From Hyalangium minutum (GTDB lineage Bacteria; Myxococcota; Myxococcia; Myxococcales; Myxococcaceae): a DNA stretch of 64,000 bases. The DNA lies in NCBI RefSeq assembly GCF_000737315.1, contig NZ_JMCB01000006.1:62001-126000 (forward strand), written 5' to 3'. The notes beneath the pieces were generated by a model. It was not told where the DNA came from, made no database searches, and worked only from the letters and a program-made list of their open reading frames with translations. Shown here in pieces: positions 22,190 through 30,760 of the stretch. Every line of letters starts with the position of its first letter. Within the stretch, counting starts at the first letter, position 1. The translations under genes were made by a program, and so were the position numbers.

Positions 22190-22569
22190 ACCAGCCCCTC
22201 CTACGTCAACCCTCCCCGCCCCGATGCGCTCGGGCTCCCTCGGCACATTCTTCCTTATTATGCGGGGCCGACATCGGGCCCTCCTCTCTCACCCCACCTG
22301 GGGAGGCAGCTTGCCCTGCCTCCGGGGAGACTACCCCTCACCTCCCGTGAAGTTCTCCTCCTCCGTGCTTGCGCCTCACCTCCTGGGAGGGGTGGCCTTG
22401 CCAGCCCGTGGCGTCCTCACGCAAGTGTTTGGCGTTGGCCCGGAAACCTCGCACGGGTGTTTTGTCCATCATGCACTTCGGCTGCTGCCAGGGGCTATCG
22501 AGTCCGGACAGCGGGGGGGAGCTCCGCAGAGAGGCAGTGCCCCAAGGCCCGTTCACCGGAGAGTCCAGC

Positions 22570-22953
22570 ATGCAGTCGCATTGGCAGCACCGTTCAAGTC
22601 GGAGGGACGTTGTTCCCGGGGGAGAGACCCGAACGGTCCTGCGGTGGGAGTTTGGTGCGAGCGCGCAGAAGCCCCTGCGCCTGAACCGCCCCTCCTCGGC
22701 GACCCGCTCCCTGGGCTCGGGCCTGGGCCCCTCGCCGTCCCACCTCGTCGCGCTGGCGCGGGCGAAGCGCCGGCAGCGGGAGGTGCTGGAGACGGCGGGA
22801 CTGACGGCCTCTCTGAACGAAACGGTGGAGGGGGAGACTCGCCTCGCCTCGCTGTGGCCGGCCCGGGAGCCCTTCTCAGGCTCCGTGCTGCGCCCCGGGG
22901 CCCGCCGGGTCTTCACCCTCCACCCGCCTTGTCCGCCAAGGCTGCGGAGCTGA
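22570..22953 (+). CDS. Hypothetical protein (127 aa)
   Basis: GGAGAG upstream of ATG 22570, strongly GC-rich third positions (CTG/GCG/CGC/TCG), followed by a GCCACC/GGTGGC hairpin. No family recognised. Confidence 0.5.
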   Translation: MQSHWQHRSSRRDVVPGGETRTVLRWEFGASAQKPLRLNRPSSATRSLGSGLGPSPSHLVALARAKRRQREVLETAGLTASLNETVEGETRLASLWPAREPFSGSVLRPGARRVFTLHPPCPPRLRS

Positions 22954-23129
22954 ACGCCACCGTCCGGGTGGCCCTTTGTGAAGTGGGAGGATGAGGGGGT
23001 GCCAAGGACCCCGTCATCCCTGGGCGTGGAGGGAAGGTCCCTGCTGCCGGGCAGGGCCCTTCAAGTGGGAGATTCTGAAGCGGGGCTGCTCACCGGGAGG
23101 GGGGAGCGGCCCTGAGTCTGGATCGGCGA

Positions 23130-23166
23130 GGGGGGTGCCTCGACAGAGGCATCCCCCTTGGCTTTT
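23130..23166 (+). terminator. Hairpin with U-rich tail between convergent genes
   Basis: GGGGGTGCCTC-GACA-GAGGCATCCCC followed by TTGGCTTTTT. Confidence 0.6.
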
Positions 23167-24285
23167 TCAGGGGGTCCGCTGGTGCCACGCGGCGAGCACC
23201 TCGCGCTCGCGCTCCGGCGGGAGGCCCGCCCGCATCGGCTTCTGCTGGCGCTCGGGCGGCTCGGAGCGGAACCAGGCCAGCGTGTCGCGCGCGGTGTCCA
23301 CGGGGGACCGGAACGTCGCCCCGAGCTTCAGCGCCCGGGCGTTGCTGACGCGGCCCACGCCCTTGTCCTCGCCCGAGCGCGGAATCCACACGGGCATCTG
23401 CGTCCAGGGGCTCACCTTCTGTTGCTCCACCAGCCACTCGGCGTCCACCCAGGTGAAGCGCGCGTCTCCGCCCGTGCCCGTCTTGCAGGCCTCCAGCAGC
23501 TCGCGCATGGTGAGCGTCTCCGCGGGGCCGGTGGCGTTGAAGGTGCCCACGTCCCGGCGCTCCACCACACCGAGGATGAAGGCGGCCAAGTCGCGCACAT
23601 CGATGAACTGCACCGGATCCGCGCCGTCTCCCGGAGCGAGCACCTCGCCGCCCCGGGCCACGCGCACGGGCCAATAGGTGAAGCGGTCCGTCTGGTCGCC
23701 GGGGCCGACGATGAGGCCTGGTCGGACGGTGGTGACGCGGCCGGGCATGGCGGCCTCGGCGGCCTTCTCGCTCAGGGCCTTGAGGGCGCCGTAGTGCTGG
23801 GAGACATCCTCCGTCTTCTCGTCCTCCACGGTGGCCACTGGCGAGTCCTCGTCGATGCCGTACTCGCTCATGTCCTTGTAGACGGAGATGGTGGACACGA
23901 AGATGTAGTGTCCCACGTTGGGGGCGAGCAGCTCGGCGCTGGCCTTCACGATGCGCGGCACATAGCCGGACGTATCAATGACGGCGTCCCACTGGCGGCC
24001 CTCGAGCGCCTTCAGGTCACCGTCGCGGTCACCGTGGAGCTTCTCCACGTCCGGGAAGAGCTCGGGGCGCGTCTTGCCCCGGTTGAACAGCGTCAGCGTG
24101 TGGCCACGAGGCCGGGCCAGCTCCACCAGCGCGGGCCCGAGAAACCCGGTGCCCCCGAGGATGAGAATCTTCTTCTTGGCCACCCCCCGGGGCACACCGC
24201 CCTCCTTCGAGGAAGCACACCCCATGGCCCCGAGCACCCCGAGCGCGGCCGCACCTTGCATCAACCCTCTGCGAGACACCGTCAT
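23167..24285 (-). CDS. NAD(P)-dependent epimerase/dehydratase (SDR) with Tat signal and lipobox
   Basis: MTVSRRGLMQGAAALGVLGAMGC; Rossmann ILILGGTGFLG; YGALK (YxxxK); VRPGLIVGPGD. Confidence 0.85.
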   Translation of the reverse strand: MTVSRRGLMQGAAALGVLGAMGCASSKEGGVPRGVAKKKILILGGTGFLGPALVELARPRGHTLTLFNRGKTRPELFPDVEKLHGDRDGDLKALEGRQWDAVIDTSGYVPRIVKASAELLAPNVGHYIFVSTISVYKDMSEYGIDEDSPVATVEDEKTEDVSQHYGALKALSEKAAEAAMPGRVTTVRPGLIVGPGDQTDRFTYWPVRVARGGEVLAPGDGADPVQFIDVRDLAAFILGVVERRDVGTFNATGPAETLTMRELLEACKTGTGGDARFTWVDAEWLVEQQKVSPWTQMPVWIPRSGEDKGVGRVSNARALKLGATFRSPVDTARDTLAWFRSEPPERQQKPMRAGLPPEREREVLAAWHQRTP

Positions 24286-24317
24286 CGCTGCGTTCCCTCC
24301 CTGTGAAGATGAAGCCC

Positions 24318-25634
24318 TCAGCGAGCCGGGGCGTCGCCCGGAGCGGAGGCCAGCGCGGGCACCTCCTGGGCGCGCGTGCGAATCCGGGCGTGGCGGGACA
24401 GGTAGAGGGAGACGGCCAGCCACAGGCCGGCCACGGGCGCGGTGGCCAGCAGCACGCCGGCCACGCCGAACCCCAGCACCTTGAGCCCATCCTCCGTCCA
24501 GGCCGCCAGCGCATCTCCCCCCCGGTACACCATGGTGTCGATGAAGCTCTTGGCCTTGTACCGCTCCTCGCGGCTCACCGTGGTGTAGAGCAGCTCTCGC
24601 GAGGGCCGCTCCAGCGCGTAGTGCGTGGCCCCGCGCAGCGAGCGCACGCCGATGAGCAGCCACACCGAGGGCATCGCCGCCAGCCCCAGGAATCCCACCG
24701 CGGTGAGCACTGGGGTGACGGCCAACGCCACCCCCAGCCCCAACCGCTCCAGCAAGCGCGCGGTGACGAGCGACTGCAGCACCAGCGTGAGGACCTGGAC
24801 CCACAGCTCGATGTTGGCGAACTTCGCGACGCGCTCGGCCTCATCCAGCGTCTTCGCGTCCACCAGGTTCACCTGGAGCAGGTACAAGAAGGTGCTGGTG
24901 ACGCTGTAGAAGACCACCTGCAGGCCCAGCGCGAGCAGAAAAGGCGAGGTGGCCAGCAGCTTCAGCCCCGCGAGGATGCCACCGCCCACTGGGCCCTCCA
25001 CCGAGGGAGGCGGGTGCTGCACGTCATGCGCCCAGCGCGCCAGCTGCTGCACACAGCGCGCGCTGCACTCCAGCAGCACGGCGGTGATGAAGATGAGGTG
25101 GATGTGCCCCAGCGGAACGGAGAGGTTGCGCGCCAGCAACAGTCCGGCAATCACGCCCGCCGTGCCTCCGCCCGCGATGAGGCCATAGAGGCGCTTGCCC
25201 TGCTCGCTGGCGAACAGGTCCGCCATGAAGCTCCAGAACACGGAGACGACGAACAGGTTGTAGACGCTGAGCCAGACGTAGAACACCCGGGCCACGGCCT
25301 GGGGCTCCACCTCCAGCTTGAACAGCACGAAGAAGCCCAGGAGGTTGAGCAGGAAGAAGCGGTAGATGAAGGGAATGACGCGCTTGCGAGGCCAGCGCGC
25401 CACCAGCGCCGAGTACGCCGGCACCGCCACCATCATCACCGCGAAGGTGGCGGTAAACATCCACTGCCACTTCAGGCCCTTCACCCCGCCGGCGGTCCCC
25501 ATCGCGTCGCGCAGCGGCTTGAGGACGAAGTAGCCGCACATCAACGTGAAGAAGTAGAGGAAGGACCAGAGCAGGGCCCCCACCTCTTCCTCTCGCACGT
25601 CCACGAATCGCTTGAGCCAGGGTGAAGGTCGCAC
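24318..25634 (-). CDS. MFS transporter, Npt/TLC (ATP:ADP antiporter)-like
   Basis: About 12 hydrophobic segments; YFVLKPLRDAM, FWSFMADLFASEQGKRLYG, ERPSRELLY, ERYKAKSFIDTMVYRGGD motifs of the AAA/TLC family. Confidence 0.8.
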   Translation of the reverse strand: MRPSPWLKRFVDVREEEVGALLWSFLYFFTLMCGYFVLKPLRDAMGTAGGVKGLKWQWMFTATFAVMMVAVPAYSALVARWPRKRVIPFIYRFFLLNLLGFFVLFKLEVEPQAVARVFYVWLSVYNLFVVSVFWSFMADLFASEQGKRLYGLIAGGGTAGVIAGLLLARNLSVPLGHIHLIFITAVLLECSARCVQQLARWAHDVQHPPPSVEGPVGGGILAGLKLLATSPFLLALGLQVVFYSVTSTFLYLLQVNLVDAKTLDEAERVAKFANIELWVQVLTLVLQSLVTARLLERLGLGVALAVTPVLTAVGFLGLAAMPSVWLLIGVRSLRGATHYALERPSRELLYTTVSREERYKAKSFIDTMVYRGGDALAAWTEDGLKVLGFGVAGVLLATAPVAGLWLAVSLYLSRHARIRTRAQEVPALASAPGDAPAR

Positions 25635-25690
25635 GCGCGCCTCCCCAACGTCCCCCCAGAACCGCTATTCCCGAGTTCGAGGTGAGTCGC

Positions 25691-26986
25691 TCAGGCCCCA
25701 CCCTGCACGGACCGGAGCACCGCCTCCACCCGGGGCAGCGCCTCCTGGATTTCCTCCAGGGAGACGGCGCCCACCGAGAGCCGGAACCAGCCCGTGTCAT
25801 CCTTCAGCCCGAAGGCCTGGAAGGGCACCACCGCGAAGCTGGCCTTCTCCAAGAGCCGCTTGCGAATCTCATCGTTGGTCTTCAGCCCCGCCTTCCCCAC
25901 CAGGTCAAACTGCACCGAGAGGTAGATGGCGCCCTGCGGAGAAATCGCGCGCACCGGCAGCCCCGCCGCGCGCATCTTCTCGAAGCCCTGGTAGAGCGCC
26001 TCCAGCCGCTCCTCCACCCGGTGCTTCATCGTCTTCATGAAGCGGGCGGTGCCCTCCACGTCCTCCAGCGCGCGCGCCACGGCGATCTGCTCGGCCTTGG
26101 GCGCCCACGCGCCCACGTGGCCGATGACGTCCCGCATGCGAGAGATGATGGCCGGCGGGCCCACGCCCCAGCCCACGCGCACCCCCGTGGCCGCGAAGGA
26201 CTTGGAGATGCCATCCACGAACACCGTGTAGTGCGCCATCTCCGGCACCAGCTCCACCGGCGTCACGTGCTTGGACTGGCCCGCGCTCAGCGTCCAATAA
26301 ATCTGGTCGTACATCAGGATGAGCGGCGCCTGCCCGCGCGCCTTGCGGCCCTGGTTCTCCGCGACGATGCGCTCGCAGATGGCCTTGAGCGCCTCGGGGC
26401 TGATCATCGTCCCGGTAGGGTTGAGCGGGCTGCAGAGGCATAGCAGCCGGGCGCTCGGAAACAGCGGGGCAAGTTGCTCCACCGTGGGCATGAAGCCCTG
26501 GTCCGCCAACGTCACCACTTCCGTGCTCTTGGCCCCCATCATGTGGGCGTAGTGGTTGTTGTTCCACGAAGGCACCGGGTAGATGACGGTGTCACCCTCG
26601 TTCAGCACCGTGCGGTAGGTGCCATAGATGATGGGCCGCGCGCCGCCGGCGATGACGATGCCCTCCAGCGGGTACTTCAGGCCCAGGGAGCGCTCGTAGA
26701 AGCGCTGCACGCTCTGGCGCAAGTCCAGCACGCCGTCCGAGGGCGGATAGTTCGTCTCGCCCGCCTGCAGCGCCCGGGCGATGCCCTCGCCGAGCGCGGT
26801 GGGGATGGGGAACTCGCGAGGGCTGAAGTCGCCCACGGTGAGGTTGCACACCTTGCGGCCCTGCGCGGTCAGCTCGCGGATCTCCGCGGCAATGCGGAGG
26901 ATCTCGCTGCCGACGAGGCCACGCGCCATCGTGCCAACGAAGGTGTCGTCCCGCTTGGGAAGAAGGGTCGTGAGATCAATTGCCAT
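25691..26986 (-). CDS. PLP-dependent aminotransferase class I/II (aspartate aminotransferase-like)
   Basis: CSPLNPTG, MYDQIY, DGISKSFAATGVRVGW (PLP Lys), FRLS; start MAIDL at 26986. Confidence 0.92.
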   Translation of the reverse strand: MAIDLTTLLPKRDDTFVGTMARGLVGSEILRIAAEIRELTAQGRKVCNLTVGDFSPREFPIPTALGEGIARALQAGETNYPPSDGVLDLRQSVQRFYERSLGLKYPLEGIVIAGGARPIIYGTYRTVLNEGDTVIYPVPSWNNNHYAHMMGAKSTEVVTLADQGFMPTVEQLAPLFPSARLLCLCSPLNPTGTMISPEALKAICERIVAENQGRKARGQAPLILMYDQIYWTLSAGQSKHVTPVELVPEMAHYTVFVDGISKSFAATGVRVGWGVGPPAIISRMRDVIGHVGAWAPKAEQIAVARALEDVEGTARFMKTMKHRVEERLEALYQGFEKMRAAGLPVRAISPQGAIYLSVQFDLVGKAGLKTNDEIRKRLLEKASFAVVPFQAFGLKDDTGWFRLSVGAVSLEEIQEALPRVEAVLRSVQGGA

Positions 26987-27097
26987 GAGGTCGCTCCAGT
27001 GGGCGCCCGGGAAGGGCGCACAGCCACGGGCCGGCGGACCATACACGCCACGCGGCGTCCATGGATCGCCCATCCCCTCACGGCGGCGCTGATCTAT

Positions 27098-27658
27098 TTA
27101 TATGGAGTAGAACCCGGTGCCATCCGCACGGGCGGTGACGCGCTGCGGCTCGACAGGGAGGGGCACCGGCGTCGGGAAGGAGCGGGGCGCTGTCATGCCC
27201 AGGGCGTTCCACGTCTTGGGGCCTACCACGCCGTCGGCCTCCAGGCCCTTGGCGCGCTGGAAGGCCATCACCGTGCGCTCCGTCTTGGGGCCGAACTGGC
27301 CGTCCTTGCTGCCCGGGTCGAAGCCGTGCGTGGCCAGCATCTTCTGGAGCACCAGCACGGAGGGATCACACACCCCGCGCTTGAGGATGGGCCGCAGCCC
27401 CGTGCCCCGGCGCGTGTCCAGCGCCGCCCACGTTCGCGAGTTCGCGATGCCGTCCACCTCGAGGCCCCGCGCACGCTGGAAGGCCATCACCGCGCACTTG
27501 GTGCTGGAACCGAAGGCGCCATCCACTTCGCCCGTGAAGACGCCCGCCGCCTGGAGCTGCCGCTGGAGGTACTCGACCTCAGGGCCGCACATCCCCTGCC
27601 GGAGCACGGGGAAGGACTCTTCTGCGTTGGACGACCAGGGGGGCAGCATGGAGGGCAT
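27098..27658 (-). CDS. Protein with two peptidoglycan-binding (PG_binding_1) domains
   Basis: Two copies of L..G..G..V..LQ..L...G......DG.FG..T..AVMAFQRA.GLE.DG......TW.AL. Confidence 0.88.
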   Translation of the reverse strand: MPSMLPPWSSNAEESFPVLRQGMCGPEVEYLQRQLQAAGVFTGEVDGAFGSSTKCAVMAFQRARGLEVDGIANSRTWAALDTRRGTGLRPILKRGVCDPSVLVLQKMLATHGFDPGSKDGQFGPKTERTVMAFQRAKGLEADGVVGPKTWNALGMTAPRSFPTPVPLPVEPQRVTARADGTGFYSI

Positions 27659-27730
27659 CAAAAAACTCCAGGCACTGGATTCAACAGCAGGGGGGCGCCT
27701 TATCGAGGATCCACGCGCGAGATGCCAGCC

Positions 27731-27756
27731 CCCCTAGGGGCGAAAGTGCGCACTTT
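27731..27756. promoter_or_regulatory. Two adjacent perfect palindromes (candidate operators) in a divergent intergenic region
   Basis: CCCCTAGGGG (27731-27740) and AAAGTGCGCACTTT (27743-27756). Confidence 0.4.
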
Positions 27757-27911
27757 GTACCCCAAAGCACACCTTTTGTCAGGAACTATCTCGACGTGTC
27801 GCATCGGGCCGCCAGGAATTCCCGAAAGGTCCTTCTGCGCTGGAACGAAGCGCGGCTCTCATGCGAGAGGAGAGCGCCCGCGGCGCGGCCCGGGCTCCCA
27901 GGAGGGGACCG

Positions 27912-28628
27912 ATGATGCAGACCCTGCGGTTGAATCGGTGGATGAAGTCCCTGTGGCTCGTGGGCTGTCTGAGCGTGGTGGGGTGCACGAAGAAGGACGA
28001 GCCCGCGGCGACTCCGCCCGAACCCGTGGTGCAGGCCCCGTCCGCGCCCACCGAGGCCCCGCCTCCTCCGCCCTCGCAGCCGGCTCCCTCCGTGCCCGCG
28101 GATGCTGCTGCTCCTCCGGCTCAGGACTCGGCACAGCCTCCGGCCCCGGCCCCGGCCCCAGCGCAGGGCGCGGGCGTGCCCGAGGATCCGAAGAACCGCG
28201 AGTGGACCGCGGGGGCGGTGAAGTTGAAGCGGCCGGAGGTGCAGATGGTGACGCTGCGCTCGGTGCGCGCGGCACGCAACGAGGGCTTCGACCGCGTGGT
28301 GTTCGAGTTCGATGGGGCGCAGGTGCCCGGCTACCAGCTGGAGTACGTGAACAAGCCCATCGTGAAGTGCGGCTCGGGGAACGAGACGGAGGTCGCGGGC
28401 CAGGGCTGGCTCCAGGTGACGCTCACGCCCGCGCAGGCCCACGAGGGCGGCACGGCCACCATCAACGAGCGCGAGCGCAAGTCCGCCCTGCCCGTCATCC
28501 AGGAGCTGGAGATGACGTGTGACTTCGAGGGCGAGGTGACGTGGGTGCTCGGCAACGCGCACCCCAACAAGTACCGCGTCATGGAGCTGCGCGACCCCAC
28601 CCGCCTCGTGGTGGACGTGCAGCACTGA
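27912..28628 (+). CDS. Lipoprotein with Pro/Ala linker and AMIN-like domain
   Basis: Lipobox LSVVGC; VRAARNEGFDRVVFEF...DFEGEVTWVLG...PTRLVVDV pattern. Confidence 0.75.
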   Translation: MMQTLRLNRWMKSLWLVGCLSVVGCTKKDEPAATPPEPVVQAPSAPTEAPPPPPSQPAPSVPADAAAPPAQDSAQPPAPAPAPAQGAGVPEDPKNREWTAGAVKLKRPEVQMVTLRSVRAARNEGFDRVVFEFDGAQVPGYQLEYVNKPIVKCGSGNETEVAGQGWLQVTLTPAQAHEGGTATINERERKSALPVIQELEMTCDFEGEVTWVLGNAHPNKYRVMELRDPTRLVVDVQH

Positions 28629-28637
28629 GGGCCCGGC

Positions 28638-30602
28638 TCATGGCCGGCGCAGGCCACCCGCCACACGCTCCAGCTCGGAGATGAGCTCGCGGTGGCGGGT
28701 GCGCACGGGTTCTCCCTGGGCGCGCAGGGCCAGGGCCAGCGCGAGCGGGAGGTTGAGCGCGGCGTCGCGCGACAGCTTCTCGCGGTAGGCCAGCGGGTAG
28801 TCCGCGGGGGCGCGCAGGGTCCAGTTCTCCTCGTTGACGGTGCCGGGCGCGTTGTAGACGTCGAACAGCCCGAACAGGTCCGAGAAGAAGATCATCACGT
28901 TGCGCGCCCGCGAGGCGAAGAGGTCCGCGAACTTCGCCTGCACGAGCAGCCCTGGTTCCTCCGCGAGCCTCCGCGCGAAGTCCTCCCGGCCCTCGGGCTC
29001 CGGATGCAGGCGCCACGCGAGGTAGTCCGCCTGGGCGCGGTCCGTTCCCTTCTCGCGCCACTGGGTGGCCACGCGCCACAAGGGCGGAGTGTCGTGGGTG
29101 CCCACCATCACCCAGTCCTCCGGGGCCGCGTTCTCGCTCCGGTAGACATCCGCCGGATCCGTCAGGTTGGCCTTCTGGGTGACGCGGAAGCGTCCCAGCC
29201 CGTACTGCGCCAGCACGCGCTGCAGCGGGTAGGGCTGCGTGCTGAGCACCTCGGCCAGCAAGTCGGACAGCTCGCGGCCGTGTCGGCGTGACGAGGTGAC
29301 GATGGTGTCAAAGAGGATGCTGTACTGGCGCACCTGCTCCGGCGTGAGCGAGCGCACCCACCCATCCGCGTACCGGGGCACCGAGCGGTCGAGCTGCTCC
29401 GGCGTGGGGATGGCGTAGCGGGCCAGCTCCGGATGGTCTGGCAAGTCCGGCGAGTCAAAGAGCCGCGCACCCGTCTGCACGGCGCGCAGCGGGTCGGGCG
29501 CTCCGGAGCGGTAGACCCACGGGCACACGAACCCGTGCGGGTGATCGATGCGCAGCCCGTCGTACTCCCCGAGCATCTTGTCCATGCGCGCGTCCATGAA
29601 GCGCAGCACGGGGCCGGGCTTGCGGGCGGCGGAGAGGCCCTCGCGGGGCTCGAAGAAGCGGGTAGGGTCCAGCACCGGGTAGTTCCACGGCTGGCCCTCG
29701 GGGTTGGTGCGGCTGGGCGGCGCTCCCATCAGGTACGTGCGCAGGAAGAGGCCCTGCCAGGACCAGGCATCCTCCAGCGAGAAGCCAATCTGGAGATCTC
29801 CGTAGAGCTTGAGCCCCCAAGCTGAGGCCCGCGCCCGCAGCTCCTGATGTGCGGAGTGCACCAGGAACTGGTGGAAGGCATAGCGTTCGACGAACTCCGC
29901 ATGCCGGGCGAGCACCTCTCTGCAGCGCGCCTCGCACGCCCCTTCTTCACCGGGCAGTGGAGCGAGCAGCCGCGCATCGAGCGCTGAGGCGCCCTGCCCT
30001 GACCATCGGCGCCAGTCCCGCTGCCCGTGCTCGACGCAGAGGGCCTCGAAGAGCGCATCGCGCAGCAGCCAGTCGGCGTGCTCCTTCTTGAAGGTGTCGA
30101 AGCGCTGCGCCAGGTCGCGCAGCAGGGGCCGTGCGTCAGCGCGGGTGCGCTCACCTTGGAAGCGGCTCCAGGCTTCGTCGAGCGCGACGCGCTGGGCGCG
30201 GAAGGCATAGCGGTAGCGCTCTCCGGGTCCTGTGCCCAGCGGCCGAGAGTCCACGATGGAGGCCAACCGCTCCGCGCTCAGCAGCGCGCCGCCCTCCTCA
30301 CTCACGAGCCATGCGAGCGGGACATTGAGGACATTGCGCGAGAAGAGCGTCGAGTCGTAGGGCGAGGCATTGGACTCGGAGGTCTGCCCCTGGGGCCCGA
30401 GCTGGATGCCGGTGAAGCCCAGCTCGCGGATGAACTCCAGGAAGCGCGCGGCGCCTCGGGTGTACGGCGAGCCTCGGCCCGTGTCCTCGATGGGCTCACT
30501 GGGGAAGCTCGGATCGTGGATGCCGAGCACCAGGTTGCGCACATCCAGCGCCACCAACGCCTCAGCGACGAGTCTCCGGTGCTCCTCGGGGATCAGTCCC
30601 AT
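28638..30602 (-). CDS. malQ: 4-alpha-glucanotransferase (GH77, amylomaltase)
   Basis: SPY, DLQIG, GAPPS...GQPWNYP, LRIDHPHG, VGTHDT, YNAPGT..EENW. Confidence 0.85.
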   Translation of the reverse strand: MGLIPEEHRRLVAEALVALDVRNLVLGIHDPSFPSEPIEDTGRGSPYTRGAARFLEFIRELGFTGIQLGPQGQTSESNASPYDSTLFSRNVLNVPLAWLVSEEGGALLSAERLASIVDSRPLGTGPGERYRYAFRAQRVALDEAWSRFQGERTRADARPLLRDLAQRFDTFKKEHADWLLRDALFEALCVEHGQRDWRRWSGQGASALDARLLAPLPGEEGACEARCREVLARHAEFVERYAFHQFLVHSAHQELRARASAWGLKLYGDLQIGFSLEDAWSWQGLFLRTYLMGAPPSRTNPEGQPWNYPVLDPTRFFEPREGLSAARKPGPVLRFMDARMDKMLGEYDGLRIDHPHGFVCPWVYRSGAPDPLRAVQTGARLFDSPDLPDHPELARYAIPTPEQLDRSVPRYADGWVRSLTPEQVRQYSILFDTIVTSSRRHGRELSDLLAEVLSTQPYPLQRVLAQYGLGRFRVTQKANLTDPADVYRSENAAPEDWVMVGTHDTPPLWRVATQWREKGTDRAQADYLAWRLHPEPEGREDFARRLAEEPGLLVQAKFADLFASRARNVMIFFSDLFGLFDVYNAPGTVNEENWTLRAPADYPLAYREKLSRDAALNLPLALALALRAQGEPVRTRHRELISELERVAGGLRRP

Positions 30603-30760
30603 TCCGCATCTGGATTCTCACAGAACCCTGCCCCCCGTCACCCCCCTTGTCAGGATGGCACACGCACTCCGAAGAGCCTTCGGTCTCGTGTCCTGAAGCC
30701 ATGGAACCTGACCTCCGGTTTGATGTCTGATGCGCCGACGCCGCATCCGCCGGAGTGGGC

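Noticed and set aside
22409-22425. Sigma-54-like TGGC...GC motif upstream of ORF 22570
   Set aside because: Spacing between GG and GC is one base short of the strict -24/-12 geometry and TT is missing.
22543-22559. Myxobacterial LexA-box-like GTTCA core near the TopoIII-RecQ upstream region
   Set aside because: About five mismatches to the consensus as I recall it; not supportable.
22338-22916. Minus-strand 192-aa ORF opposite ORF 22570-22953
   Set aside because: Low-complexity translation; codon bias, SD and downstream hairpin favour the plus strand.
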